A DNA stretch of 56,146 bases, counting the filler, from Sluysia triapertura (taxonomy: Eukaryota), in the NCBI GenBank assembly GCA_046118255.1. It is 4 parts of 4 records of this genome, joined end to end, with 100 filler letters (N's around TTAATTAATTAA, not from the genome) between each part and the next. Parts side by side here need not be neighbours in the genome. Positions count along the whole stretch, not along the records: positions 1 to 12,844 come from JBJNIA010078380.1; positions 12,945 to 28,007 come from JBJNIA010240216.1; 2 more parts are not named here. One strand, given 5' to 3'. The notes below the pieces were generated by a model. The model saw nothing but the letters and a program-made list of their open reading frames with translations. It made no database searches and was not told the DNA's origin. A program made the position numbers and the translations under genes. Of the stretch, positions 1 to 13,235 are shown piece after piece. How positions within the stretch are numbered: the first letter of the stretch is position 1; each line of letters begins with the position of its first letter.

Positions 1-1756
1 AAAGATATTTAAGTACTAATAAGGATATAGTTTAGAATTAATTATTTTCTTTTGAATACATTATCAGACTAAAATATCAGATAAAAGTTTAACCTCTAAA
101 AAATACAAAAACATTCTAACAACAGAGCATATAGTACTGACCCTCTTTAATTCATTTGACAAAGCTTTAAAATCCTACGCAGACGTCCATTATAGGTAAA
201 CCGTTTAGCGTAGGCGGACCCAAAATATAAATTTAACATTTTTATAATTGTTCGAAGAGTAAAATAAAACCGAACACAACCAAGCATCTCTATCTAATAA
301 TCCTCCATATATTGCGTCATGAATACAAAATAAATAATTCACAAAATAAAAATCATTATTGATTTAATATTTTATTTCTCATAAAACGTATTATCTCACA
401 GTAACAGTAACAGTACCATTTTTAACATCAAAACTCACAAGAAATATTAGAATGAGTTAATTAATTAGCAGAAAATGTCTAAAAAATTCATAAACATCAA
501 AATTACTTAGAAACATCTTTAAAAAGCAGGATAAAAATTAATAATTAGGAAATGAACATGCCAAGTACAAGGTAGGATTCTGTCACATTTAATTAGAATC
601 TAGAAAACATCACGGATCAAACATAGATGGCAATAAAAGAAATAGAATAATAATAGACAAACAAATACTAACTAATAGGGCGGATGTAACTGGAAAGAAT
701 GCATAAAATCATATTATAAAGAAAATACATAGCTAAATTGATATAAATATTATAACTATGTAAAGAAGATTGGTTATACAACCACAGTATATGATTAAAA
801 ACATGTGAATAGTTATAGTCCAGCTGCAGCACACGACCTAGAATGTGTCGTATGAGTGCCTATGATTAACAGTAATAATTCCTAATAAAAAAATTAGATT
901 TTAAACTTTCTACTATGGTAAATTTATATATTAATTGAATACTATCGTATTTTGCTTTTTTACTGAGCAATCAATATTTAACTTTAGTAATTAAAATTTT
1001 TTAATATTAAATACCTTAACATATTTATTACCACTAATTCACAAAACAAACTTAAATATCATTTGTATGGAAATGTTTATTAAAGGACAAAACAAGATAA
1101 AAGTTTGTACAACACAAGAGATAACAAAGAAATAGCAAAATCAAATTCACATATATAAATGTATTTCGGAATTAAAACTTTTTTTGGGTATATAATTAGA
1201 GAAAGTTTTAATTTTAAAATCTAAATTGTTCCCTCATTAAATCAGGATATAAAAATTCTAAATTAAATTTTATATATATAAGTTTAAAAAAAGCATACTA
1301 ATTTTCAAAAATTGCCGACTTTTAGGCATCTAAATGTTTAATAAAAAATTAAGCATTATAAGAATTGTAAAAATAGCTCAATCATAATCTACTAGAATTA
1401 TTGAATTTTCCAGAAAATTCTTTTTATTTTGAAGAAAATAAAGCGTTGTGATGGCAAACAAATAAAATTATTTTATTTACTTCAGCAATATCTATATATA
1501 CACCATCTTTTCTATTTATTAACCACAATATTTGAGATATAATCATATTATCTAAGTTTACAGAGTCATGTCTAATTTGATTTAGTATCTCAAACGTTAT
1601 ATAATATCTTGATTTAAAATAAAATAATAAATTAATAAAAGAAAATGTCACATTGTATATACAATTGTATGTAAATAAAAATATTTCTTTATTTGTAAAT
1701 TTATAAAAATTTGAATCTTATTCAAATTTATAAAATATCACATAATTGAAACTAAC

Positions 1757-2077
1757 ATTTTTATGAGGACAACAATAATAATTTCCATGTTTAGTTATAC
1801 AACAAGTTTTTGTATCCTTGCAGTTTGTTTTATTATTTGGACACATATTTTGGTTTTTTAAGTTTTCATAAGATTCTAAGTCATGCCAAGGTTTGTTTTC
1901 ATTATTTTTTGCTTCAAGACTTAAAGCAAGAAGCACTTTTGCAGCAGACTGAGCAATTTTTGATAAACCAGAAGAACTTGCAAAAGGATTATAATTAACA
2001 CGACGACATCGCCTGGTTTCACTGTCACATTCAGAACCTTCAGGACAACAGTGATACTTATCAGGGCAACACACTGC
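1757..2077 (-). CDS. GRN: Progranulin exon 3 (C-half of granulin 1 + linker + N-half of granulin 2); gene continues beyond the left edge
   Basis: Acceptor ttattacag|GCA at 2077 and donor AAT|gttagt at 1757; 321 nt, phase 0-0. Reads AVCCPDKYHCCPEGSECDSETRRC...MCPNNKTNCKDTKTCCITKHGNYYCCPHKN, the granulin CC-pair pattern in the classic C-half/N-half exon layout of animal progranulins. Confidence 0.93.
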
Positions 2078-4536
2078 CTGTAATAAACCATTAATGAATT
2101 TAATTAAATAATTATTCAGATAATATTGTTTACGAATAATCGAATTAAAATTAATGAATTATAACGAAATTTTACACTTTACTAAAATTATAATTTTTGA
2201 ATTAAAGTTATTTCAATAAATTGTAAGTAATATAACTATTTTTATAATTTAAGTAATAATATTAACTATTTTTTCATATTTTTAAAATTTAATTTGTTTT
2301 ATTGAAACATAATTTAGCGAACAATTTAAAAATATCCAGTCAAAGTAACAAAAATTATAATAAATGGTAGTTTTATTGATTAATTATGTGTATTATACAG
2401 TAAGACGATAAAATGTATGACAAATTATTAAATATAAATTAAATATATAATAACATTAATAGTGACAAAGTACATCATAACAATTATTAATTGTCACAGA
2501 ACATCATAATAATACTAATAGTGCAGATAAATGTAGATATGCAATAGAAGTGATCGATGTTGCAATGTGGTTAATGTAGGATATATAGTGATAGTGATAA
2601 TCAAGACAATAATCAGTGATATTAATTAAATATTAAGAGTGATTAATTAATTTCTTATTCGGATTTTTGAGACAATATTTAAAACACTATATATATAAAA
2701 TACTTGCCTTAAATTGTTAGTTTAAATAATAGTTTATTCCTTTTGTAACTAGACCAAATCTTAACAATACAACCTTACGTTAAAAAAGGGCCATTATCGA
2801 AAATCACTGAATAATTCTGATAAATATTTCATATTTCTATCTTTAAACTAATATAAACAAAAACTTAATTTCACAACGGTGAATAAAACAATTATTTTGA
2901 ATTAATTTTCTTATCAGCTATTTATAATAGTAAATTTATATGTTGGCATTTTACAATTGGTCCAACATTTTCAGAAAATGGTATAAAGTAAACAAACTAA
3001 CAAATAAATAACAATAATCAATAATAATTATTCACTATAAAACAAATTAACATCTCTTACTTATAAAAGTAAGTACTTGTCAGTACTTGTCAGTTTAAAT
3101 AATAGAAATATAATCAAAACTAACAGCTTAAGTAATCGATTATTTTGAAGCAGTTCTTAATAAGCTATTTTGTCATTTAAGATTCTTTGACATCGTCTGG
3201 TAGTTAAATTTAATTATACTGTCAATATTTTATTATGCTTGTGTTATTTTTAAAAAACTAGCATAAAATTTAGATGTTCTTAAAATATAATTATATTTTA
3301 ATTACAATGCAATATATTGAATATGGTAAAATCAGGTAAATAGTATTCATGTTTATTATTGTTTATTTACACTTTTTTCAACAAAGATTTTATAAGTGTT
3401 GAATTTAAAATTTTGTTTAATAAAATAATGTTTTTTTCAAATCAAATTCTGGATTCTTTCTCGTTCTAACGAATTTATATCTCTAAGTATTTTTCCTATA
3501 CCTACGATAAATAATAATCAGATTTTTGCTGTAAATTCAGTAAAATGTCTTAATGTATTATCAATATAAATTCTTACTTCATCAACAAAATCTTTAAAAT
3601 GTTGCTCGTTAACGATAGTCTGAACTTCTTATTAGTTATTAACAATAGCTCAAATTCTCTTAATAATTATCCTATTCTAACAACTCCTTGTCTTCTTGTT
3701 TTTTTATAAATTATCTTTATATCTCATTTTACGTAGAAAAGCCTGAGCTCGGATACTCGTTCCGATGACTGGGAATGGAAACGCAAATAAATTTTTATTT
3801 TATTCTAAGATGACGTTCATTTTACTTCACAAAAAACAATTTTATTTTAATTTATTCTCCTTCAAGTTTCAACACAAAATATTAGTCTTATCTCTCTTTG
3901 GGGTTCTACTTTCGATTAATAAATAGAATAAAAATTAAAAAATTACTTGCTTTATTTTCAATTTTATTTAGTTATAAATTTTATTTTTTCTCTCAATGGA
4001 AATAAAAAACGAACCAATTTTCAATAAAATTTATTTAATACAATTAATTAAAATATTATTCTATAAAATTAGAATAATAATAATAATAATAGCAAAAATT
4101 TTAATATCCAGGAAATGAGAATAAATATCACTTACCCATAATAAGATTTTCACAATTAATTCCAAGTTATGCCTCTTTTTATAGTTTGAGATAGTCTTTT
4201 TATCCGACAATAATTTCGTAGAATCAATCTCAGTGATCCTTCATTGGAATCCTTCTTTCATCCGATATTAACTTCGTCGAAACGATGTCAGTGTTTATGA
4301 TGTAAAATCTTTAATAATTTCTTAGAATTCGTTTTACTAATCGATTTCTTAATACTAATAATTTTTTTCGGTGTGTGTATGTGTATTTATGTTGCTTTTT
4401 TTTATTTAATTTTTATACATAATAAAATTTTAAATAATTTTGTCAATGAATATAATTTTTCTACCACATTTAAAGAGTGATTAATTTTTTCTACTAATAT
4501 TTCAATAAATAATTGTAATAAGTAATAAGATAGGTA

Positions 4537-4537
<1 letters not shown>

Positions 4538-4596
<59 letters not shown>
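4538..4596. repeat. (AAT)n microsatellite
   Basis: About 19 perfect TAA/AAT units. Confidence 0.95.
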
Positions 4597-5341
4597 TTAA
4601 TGATAATAAATTAGCATGATAATAATTTTGTTACATTTGAGTAGTAATAACAAAATAGTAGTAACAAATAACAAATTAATAGTAGTAAGTGATGAAATAG
4701 AAGCAGTGATATAATAATAATTTTGTTAAATAAATAATAAATATTACTTTTTTCTGAATATTGCATTTATAGTTTGATAATAAATTTTAATTGTTTATAA
4801 TTTATATGAATTCTCATTTTAAGATGATGTTTGTCGATTATAATGCTTTTAACTTTGAAATCGAATTACTTTTTCTGTTGATTTTAATCAAAAATAATGT
4901 TATTAATTTTCGATTACATACTAGTTTTATTCAATCTCATTTCAAAATGATCATTTGTTTAATATCAATTTAAATTAATTACCTTTTGTTATTAAATTTT
5001 AAATTTATACTAACTCTATTATATCTCATTTTAAATTGATATAAAGCATTATAATCTCAATGAAAATGATTTTAATTTTACTTTAAATAGTTTTATTTTT
5101 TAAATTACATAAATTTTAGATTTAATTTGAAAATTAAAATAATTTGAAAAATTAAGAATTAAAATAAAAAATTGAATATTATGCTACATAAGCGTAATAA
5201 AGATATCTTAGTACTTGTTTTAAAAATTATAAACGATATTTCATTAATGTGTTTAATGATTTGATAATGATTTTTTAACTGTAAATATAAAGAATATAAA
5301 CCAATTACAAAATTAAATAATTTCTAAGTAAAATCACTAGC

Positions 5342-5434
5342 ATTTCTGTAACGGCAGCAATGATAACTTCCATGTTTTGTTGGACAACATGTTTGATCTT
5401 CTCTGCATCTAGTTCTACCATTAGGACAAACAGT
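5342..5434 (-). CDS. GRN: Progranulin exon 2 (N-half of granulin 1); not in the ORF track
   Basis: Acceptor atctttag|ACT; 93 nt encoding TVCPNGRTRCREDQTCCPTKHGSYHCCRYRN, paralogous to the N-half in exon 3; ends AAT|gctagt (GC donor). Confidence 0.9.
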
Positions 5435-7730
5435 CTAAAGATATTATTTTAGTTACTTTTATTGATAAAATTAAATTAAATATTTTCATAATTTAAAAAA
5501 TTAAAAATATACATTAAATTTGAATATTAATTTTGTCAAGTTATTCAAGTTAGAATTATTTAATGATTAAAGAGTCCAAATGGCGCTTAGGATGCTTAGG
5601 GCGCTTAAGAAATAAGGTTAACAATAACTTAATATTTTTGATTAGAAAAAATTGTAGAAACTCATTCTTATTAATACATACATTCAAATGATGATGATAC
5701 TTAAGATGCTTGAACAGAACAACTGTGGACTTAAAGTCTTTACTGAAATAAAATTTATATTTATGGCAACTTAAAGCCGACCAAATCTTTCACAAATTTT
5801 AGACAAAAATTTTGAGTTACTAAATCAAAAGAGGTCAAATATAAATATTGGAGATAATTTCGCTTTTTCAATGTAAAATGTATCATCTGTCCAATTTAAA
5901 TTATACTTAAGAACTTCAATTGGTAAATTTGGAGCCGCTGATATTGAATACCAACTATATGCAGATCTTTTACAAAGTCTGCAATTACTGCAATAATAAT
6001 GGCTGCAACTAACGAATGTTAAACGTTCATCATTGCGTAAATAATGCCTTAATGTTTTACAGTTTCCATTTCATTCGTATAATATTAATTAATAAATCAA
6101 AGTGAAATCAAATTTTTACGTTTTTTTATATTTCGAATATTACATAGTTAATATCAGTGTGAAGTGTAAAATAATTATTAGTAATTATTATAATTATTAA
6201 TTATTATTACTATTTTCTTGTAATCCGAAATATAGGATTTATTTTCATATTATTAATTTTATTACAAAATACATTGGCCAAAATATTATTTATCATATAA
6301 ATACTGTTTTATTAAAGAAAATTTTAATAAATTATTGTATTCTGTATAGAAAATCATAATTTAAACGCCTAAATTTTATTACGTACAATTCAATTAGAGA
6401 TTTTTGGTAGTAAACATAATTTAAACTAAATACATATTTCAATTTCATATTTAAATTATTTATTGATAGAACACAAATTTTCTTGCACGTACATATTATT
6501 GATATTGGCTCAATATTTATTCACATTCATTGTTACATTCATTATTTTTTGACTCATCAATGTTATTCGGTTACAAGGCATTACATATTCAGGTACTAAT
6601 ATGACATTCAAGCATGACATCATTTCATTATAGTATTTTAATTAGTATTAGATTTTATTGAGTATTATGTTGCAACAGAAACAAATTTCAATGATATTTT
6701 AAATAGTCACAAAACTTTTTACTAAAAACTCAATTCATAATTTATCTAATAAAATATCAGAAATTACAATAAACCATTCGTACAAATATTAAAACACACT
6801 AACATTTCAATATATAAAATAATCCAAATAAAGTAACAATAAGATTTCTATAAGAGCCAATTTTGCTTCCCTTTTTTCTTGCGACACTTCCATTTTGAAG
6901 TACACTCTTGGTGGAAACCCAAAGATAATATGGATCAATTTTATATCTGATCCATTTCACAAATGAAATGAACATATATATAGTTTTATTCAATCGAATT
7001 TACGTCAAAATAGCAAATGAAAATGTACAAGCATCATTAAAGAAAGATATATTTGGCAAGTATTATCAAGATTTTTACAATGTTATTGTTCAAACGAGCT
7101 TTATATGTTATAATAATAATAATAATAGTAATAAATTTATATTTCGTTATCGAAGCCAACAATATTCTGATTACAACATGACCCCTATTGTTTAACATGA
7201 ATGCATATGTATGTGTGTGCATGTATTGTGTAATAAACCAATAAAAATTGGTAAAACAATTTTAGCAAAATGGAAGCTAAAAAGGCACACACATTAAAAA
7301 AATTTAATTGAAAATCTCAGTAAAAAAAAGATAAAAAATTGAACTAGAAATAATTAAAAATTAAATCTGAAAAAAAAGAATACACACTACAAAGTAGAGT
7401 ACCATTCTGATATTAAGGCAAAATGCAGTAACGAATTCAGACTTAGAAGAGATGCTGATATTTAATATAAAATCAAAAATGAAACAAAGAATTTGAATGA
7501 TGATAAATATCATCACAAAATAAAAGTGCAACAATTATATAATGAAGATAATTCAATATACCGAGATTACTGGAATGGACCATGTTAGATATCGAATTTC
7601 AAAACCATTAGATGCAGAAAACGTACAAAATAATTTGAAAGATGATAAATATGATCATAAAGTAAGAATGAAACAAGTACATAATGCAGACAAGCCTATC
7701 GTTATACAATATACTGAATATTTATATATA

Positions 7731-7915
7731 CAGTAATCCCCCTATAACATGGTAGATTGGTTCCGCGTTATAGGAAAATTATATTAAGGAAGAACTAAGT
7801 TATGAACGAAATGCGTGCGTTTATTAATATAGAACGCATGTGTTACACGAAGGACATGAAATCGCATAATATGAAAACGCGTTATAAGAGTACCGTATCA
7901 TAGGAGGTATTACTT
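7731..7915. mobile_element. pogo/Tigger-type MITE (~185 bp)
   Basis: TA|CAGTAATCCCCCTATAACATGGTA ... TACCGTATCATAGGAGGTATTACTT|TA: imperfect ~25-bp TIRs starting CAGTA, flanked by TA. Confidence 0.7.
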
Positions 7916-9109
7916 TAAACATTTAACATATCACTTCTAATCATCTATAAGACAAAATTCTTATACATATAATACCTGTATTAATTTCTGCATTTAAAAC
8001 GATTTGTTCTTTAAATTAACTGCACCATTAATAAACCACATTTTAAAGAGTGGTCTAAAATCATAGGGAATAGTATTTATAAATCCAAGTTATTAGTTTA
8101 AGTTAAAGTTAAAAAGTATTCGTTAAAATTTGTTACACCTGAATTTCAATATCTAAATTATAATTATACAGAAAATTGCATTAAGAAATTACGTGACTTC
8201 CACTACTCCTGATAAATCTTTGACGTAAAACCCTACAGACACACCATTTACTATAAAATTTGGATCATTTACAATTGTAGGTTTCTTCAATTTAAATAAA
8301 CCACACCATATAAGAAATGAATTTCATTAGTAATGGAAACAAAGACAAAAAATTGTTCCATTTCTAGTATTTTAATTGTCTTTTAAATATTTAAACTTAA
8401 CTCTACCAATGTTAAATTCAAATCTCAGAAAATCAAAATAAGATTTAACCTCAATTAATGCAAAAATAATTAAATATCCAAAACATAACCAAGGAATGTC
8501 AAATTACAAAACAAATAATAATAAATCAACAACCAATTTTATACATTAAAAACTACACTTTTTATAATAGATAGCGAAACCAAGGTTACAATGACCCCGA
8601 AAAATATTTAATTTAAGGATTTCGTAAAATTTATGTTAAATTTCGAACGATTTTAGAGTGAATATCACTGAACATAAACTAATTCATCATGTTTTCTTTT
8701 TACTAAAAAGGTGTTAAAAAACCTATTTCATCTCTTTTGTTGAATACTACCTTTACATTTCTTGTTATTAAAAAATTTAACCATTTATCATTCTAGTTGC
8801 CTAAATCCTATGTTCATAAAAAAATTAAAATTCATACTTGTAATAAAAGGATTTTTTATAAAAGCAACATCACTCTATAAACTCAGAAAAATATAAAACT
8901 CAAATATTTTTGAATAACAATTACTATGACAAATTCCGTTTGGGATTAAAATATATTCAAATCGTTCCTATTTGTTCCATAATAAGATTTGGTATTAACC
9001 AATTTAATTCTGGTGATTAATTACCAAAATAATTTTACTAAAATGCATATAAAATATGGACTGCCAATAATTATTTTAAATGATTTAAAAGAAATAATCA
9101 AATACTTAC

Positions 9110-9193
9110 ATTATACCTCACATTATAAAACCGAAGGACATCATCACAAAATACGAATGACACGATAAACAAAAAAAACAACTTCTTATGCAT
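9110..9193 (-). CDS. GRN: Progranulin exon 1 (signal peptide); not in the ORF track
   Basis: ATG at 9193, MHKKLFFLFIVSFVFC-DDVLRFYNVRYN (basic N-region, hydrophobic core), followed by a perfect phase-0 donor |gtaagt compatible with exon 2. Confidence 0.78.
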
Positions 9194-10751
9194 AATTCAA
9201 TAATTGCTGAATTATGTTGCAGTAACAAATTTTTATAGTTAAGTTGTTGCTAATAATAGTGACTAATAAAAACAATCATAATATAATTTTACTTAATTCT
9301 AAGAATTATACTGTTTATAAAAATTCAATACTGGAATTTCACTTAATTCTAAGAATTACATTGTTAATAAGAAAATTCTAAGAATTATTAATAAAACATT
9401 CAATGCTAGGATTGCATTTATTTCTGAGATTTGTAATCATTATTTATTTAACGTGCTTTAAAGCGATGTAATGCCATTTCTCAGTAATTAAATATCAGGA
9501 ATTTAAATATCAGCTGAAAATAAGTTAAAACATTGCTTTATAACATAATTTTCATGATTTTCATCATTTAAGATCTGGCATGCAAAAATCAGGAGTATTT
9601 TCAGTGAAATTGTCACTACGACATTAAAGAGTTGAATAATGCTGCATTAAAGTCGAAATATCTAATTACATACTTTTCATTATTTAAATGAAACAGTCAT
9701 TAAGGATTTTGTTTTAAATTCATATATATTATATATTACCAAGATTATTACTTTAATCGTGTGGTGACCTAACAGCTTTGGAGAAACAATTTTTAAATTT
9801 TAATACAATTTTATAAAATCTGCTTTTCACATTTGTAGAAATGTCGCAAAAGCTCTTAAATTTTTACTTATCTATACATTTTACAATCATCTTGAAGCCC
9901 TTTCAAGGTTTTATAATTAAATATTAAATTAAAAATTTATTAAATTCAATTTTTAAAATTAATTAAAATTTTTATTATTCAGTTTTAATATTATCATGTA
10001 ATTTTATTATTGTTTTAATTATTATGAATTTTATTATTCTTATTGTTATAACTAATGTTTTTCTTCTTTGGATCAGCAAATATAAAATTTCTGTTTGGGT
10101 TTGCCTGTATCTTATTTGTCTTTATAACCCCTTTTGGAAGACGCAGTTACAGGAATTTATATAATACAAACTCAGCTCCTAAAGATTTAATGATATTTAA
10201 AAATTATTTCTAAAATTTATCTTACTTTTATTTAAATGTAAGATAACCTACACTTAATCTATTTTATACTACAACTAATTATTAAACTCTAACTTTAAAT
10301 TACTTCTTTGAATGTACTCAGATAATAATGAATATATATAAAAAACGAGTATGTAAAAACTGAATACAATATACAAGTGCTTGTTGTTTAAAAAATTAAT
10401 TTATAAACTACAAATATGAGCTTTCAGCCTTTACTAGCGATTTCTCTTAATCTTAAACACTTGACAAAATAGTTTTTCTGAGGTTGAGTCCACCTATAGA
10501 GACAATCTATAGGATTTTTCGTGTAACAATTTTAAAGAAAGGTTAGTTTTCTTTTAAAGCTATGCGTGGGACTAAGTTTGGAACCACTGTTATTATAAAT
10601 TATATGAAAACTTCTTTAATAACTCAATTAAACAATTTCGATGGTATATTCAATATCTCCAGATTGTATAGAATAAACACAATGTCGGAACAAGGAATCC
10701 AATCCTGAAATGATAAAGCATAATAATAATAACAAAAACTAAAATAATTAC

Positions 10752-10752
<1 letters not shown>

Positions 10753-10792
<40 letters not shown>
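10753..10792. repeat. (AAT)n microsatellite
   Basis: Perfect AAT run. Confidence 0.9.
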
Positions 10793-10793
<1 letters not shown>

Positions 10794-12844
10794 CAATTAT
10801 AATAAATGAGAACTAACCGCATGTCTGAAGTTAAAAATGAAAAAATGAAATGATAATAATAAATAATACTTTAGGAAAGTAACCTTATGCCACATTATTT
10901 GAATACATATTATTAGATTATGAAAATCAATAAACTAACTGTAAAAATACCAAATGCTAAATTGAAAGTAATATAAAAGGCATAATTTTCATAAAGACGA
11001 ACACAGAATTTTCACTTGTAATTCTCGACGCCAAGACACTACACCGAAATTTTAGTTGATTTGTGGCAAAGAAAATTTTTATTTTTTAATTTGTGAATCT
11101 CGGTAATGAATTTACGTCGAATTTAAATTGTGGTTTTGGTCGTGAAGACTAATTCTGTTAGGTCCTTAATTCTGGAGGTAAATTCTTAAAAATTTAATTA
11201 AATATCAAATTTAACGAATAAATTGTTACGTTACGTTGATTCCGTTATAAGGAATCAAAAAACAAAATGTATTTTACTGACTAGAATTAACTTCTAGTAT
11301 ATGAAAACTTCTGAATAATCAAGTTTATGATTTTAAATCTATAATGACAATGTTTGAACGAAATTAAAAAATTTATTAATAAAGTAAATTAACATGGATA
11401 ATGTAAAATAACTAAATTGATATAATAATAAATACAGATTTTACGTACAACTAATTTTATTTAATTAGTTTTTTATAAATATGTGAAGATTTTAAAAAAA
11501 TATTTTGCTGTAGATCTTTATAAGATCCCAATTATTAATTATGATTTTACGTCTAATTTACTTGTGATATTTTGTCAATATCTTACCTTACAAAAAACAA
11601 ACAAAATAATATTTAAAATAATAATTAAAATTCGTTGATTTATTTTAGGATCACGTAAAAATAATTTAGAAATTTTAGACCAAAATAATTTAAAAATTTT
11701 AAATAATTAAAATATAAAAGTACTTTTAAAATATTAATTTCCGAAAGTAATAATAATTTTCCAAAATAATTTTTATGAATTAAAAAAAATCAATAATAAT
11801 TCAAATAATAATGTGATTATTAATAATAAAATAATGATTTACACACGATTCAAAAACGAATAATGTGAATAATGTGATCAAAGTATCATCAAATAGTCAT
11901 TCATTACATATTCTAATTAATTAAAATTGTTTTAATATTAAAAAGTTGGGATCTGAATTTTAATTAACTATGATGTAATAAATAATGCATAATAAATAAT
12001 AAATAATAACGGTAAAAATATTAAAATTAAAGTAATAAATATGTTTGTGTTCTTTGATAATAAATAAAATGTTCATTTATTTTGAAAATATTAAGATATT
12101 ACAAATATGTAATGAAAATACAGACTTTAAAGGATTTTAAGTTTTGTGAATTTTCAATATCATGTTTACAAACATCACTTATGTTTTTGGGTGTTATTAC
12201 ACAATTAATACACAATTTAGCCAATAATATAAGTACTAGTAAATTGTATTTTTGAAGTACTTTAGGCAGAAATATTCATACACTTGTTTTTATATCTATA
12301 CTAAGAATTTAGATCAAAAGATTTAAAGAAAAATCAAAACCAACATCAGATTGGTGATATTTCTTTCGATTAATGGTTTTGGAAATACTTTCGTCGTCGT
12401 GATTCACAAGAAACCAAAGAAGAACTGCTATTAGCGATGAAAAATCAATTATCTCTGGACAAATGATAGTAATATCCAATGACAATTTGTTGTTTGCTAG
12501 ATATGGTGAAAGTTGCATTCCAATTTTACCATGTCAAAATTAATTCAAACATTAATTCGAAACAATTAACACATTACAATTCTGACAACTTCATCTTCCA
12601 TATTTAGTCACACATTTCAAGCATCACCTTACAGCAAAATAAGCAGAATTTAAATGCATCATTTTCAGCATTTATCATTCAATTTAGTTTTCTACAATTT
12701 TGAATACAACTACTAACATACCACGTTCCTTTCCACCTTCACATTTAGTCGTAATGGCGAAAAATGGTCAAACAAATTATGTAAAACTACTCAGAAATGA
12801 GTCTTAAACAAATCCTTCTAACTCCATAAAACAAAATGTAATTA

Positions 12845-12944
12845 NNNNNNNNNNNNNNNNNNNNNNNNNNNNNNNNNNNNNNNNNNNNTTAATTAATTAA
12901 NNNNNNNNNNNNNNNNNNNNNNNNNNNNNNNNNNNNNNNNNNNN
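12845..12944. other. Artificial contig-join linker (44N + TTAATTAATTAA + 44N)
   Basis: Exactly 100 nt; the 12-mer gives stops in all six frames; the same construct recurs at 28008 and 41366. Confidence 0.97.
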
Positions 12945-12949
12945 ATTTA

Positions 12950-13021
12950 CCTTAAGCGCTTTTGAGTACTTTCGCGGTAGATATGAGCGCAATATAAATT
13001 AATATATTATTATTATTATTA
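12950..13021 (+). mobile_element. L2/MIR-type LINE/SINE 3' tail
   Basis: TAAGCGCTTTTGAG...ATGAGCGCAATATAAAT followed by (TTA)n, resembling the AAGCGCTT...AGCGCT-AATAAAT-(TTA)n tail of L2-clade elements. Confidence 0.55.
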
Positions 13022-13128
13022 ATGTTGAATTTTATTAGTATTCCACATGTTGAAATGTTACGAAGCATATCGACACAGATAAATTAAAAATGAGTCTTTT
13101 AAAGAAGATTTTATAATATAAAATTAAA

Positions 13129-13235
13129 TGTTACGTTTCATTAAATGGACTGATCGAGATTCGAACCCGGGTCCTCTTACTTCATGCATGTGAAGTTCGA
13201 TGCTTTGACAATTAAGTTATCAGTTACGTCTAACA
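13129..13235 (-). mobile_element. tRNA-derived module (copy 1, degenerate) with TGTTA...TAACA ends
   Basis: Minus strand TGTTAGACG-taactgataacttaattgtcaaagc...gaggacccgggttcgaatctcgatcagtcca-tttaatgaaacgTAACA; B-box GGTTCGAATC intact; colinear with 45110-45215. Confidence 0.75.

Noticed and set aside
3400-4300. Coding-like minus-strand fragments in GRN intron 2 (gag-like?)
   Set aside because: Many stops and no diagnostic motif; cannot be assigned.
12889-12900. Palindromic TTAATTAATTAA islands inside N runs (also 28052 and 41410) as a biological motif
   Set aside because: An identical 44N+12+44N construct with six-frame stops is an assembly/scaffolding linker.
13129-13235. Opal-suppressor or Sec tRNA (CT-TCA-CA in the anticodon region)
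   Set aside because: The anticodon stem does not pair, the TCA is not kept in the 45-kb copy, and there is no long variable arm; it is a repeat-derived pseudo-tRNA.
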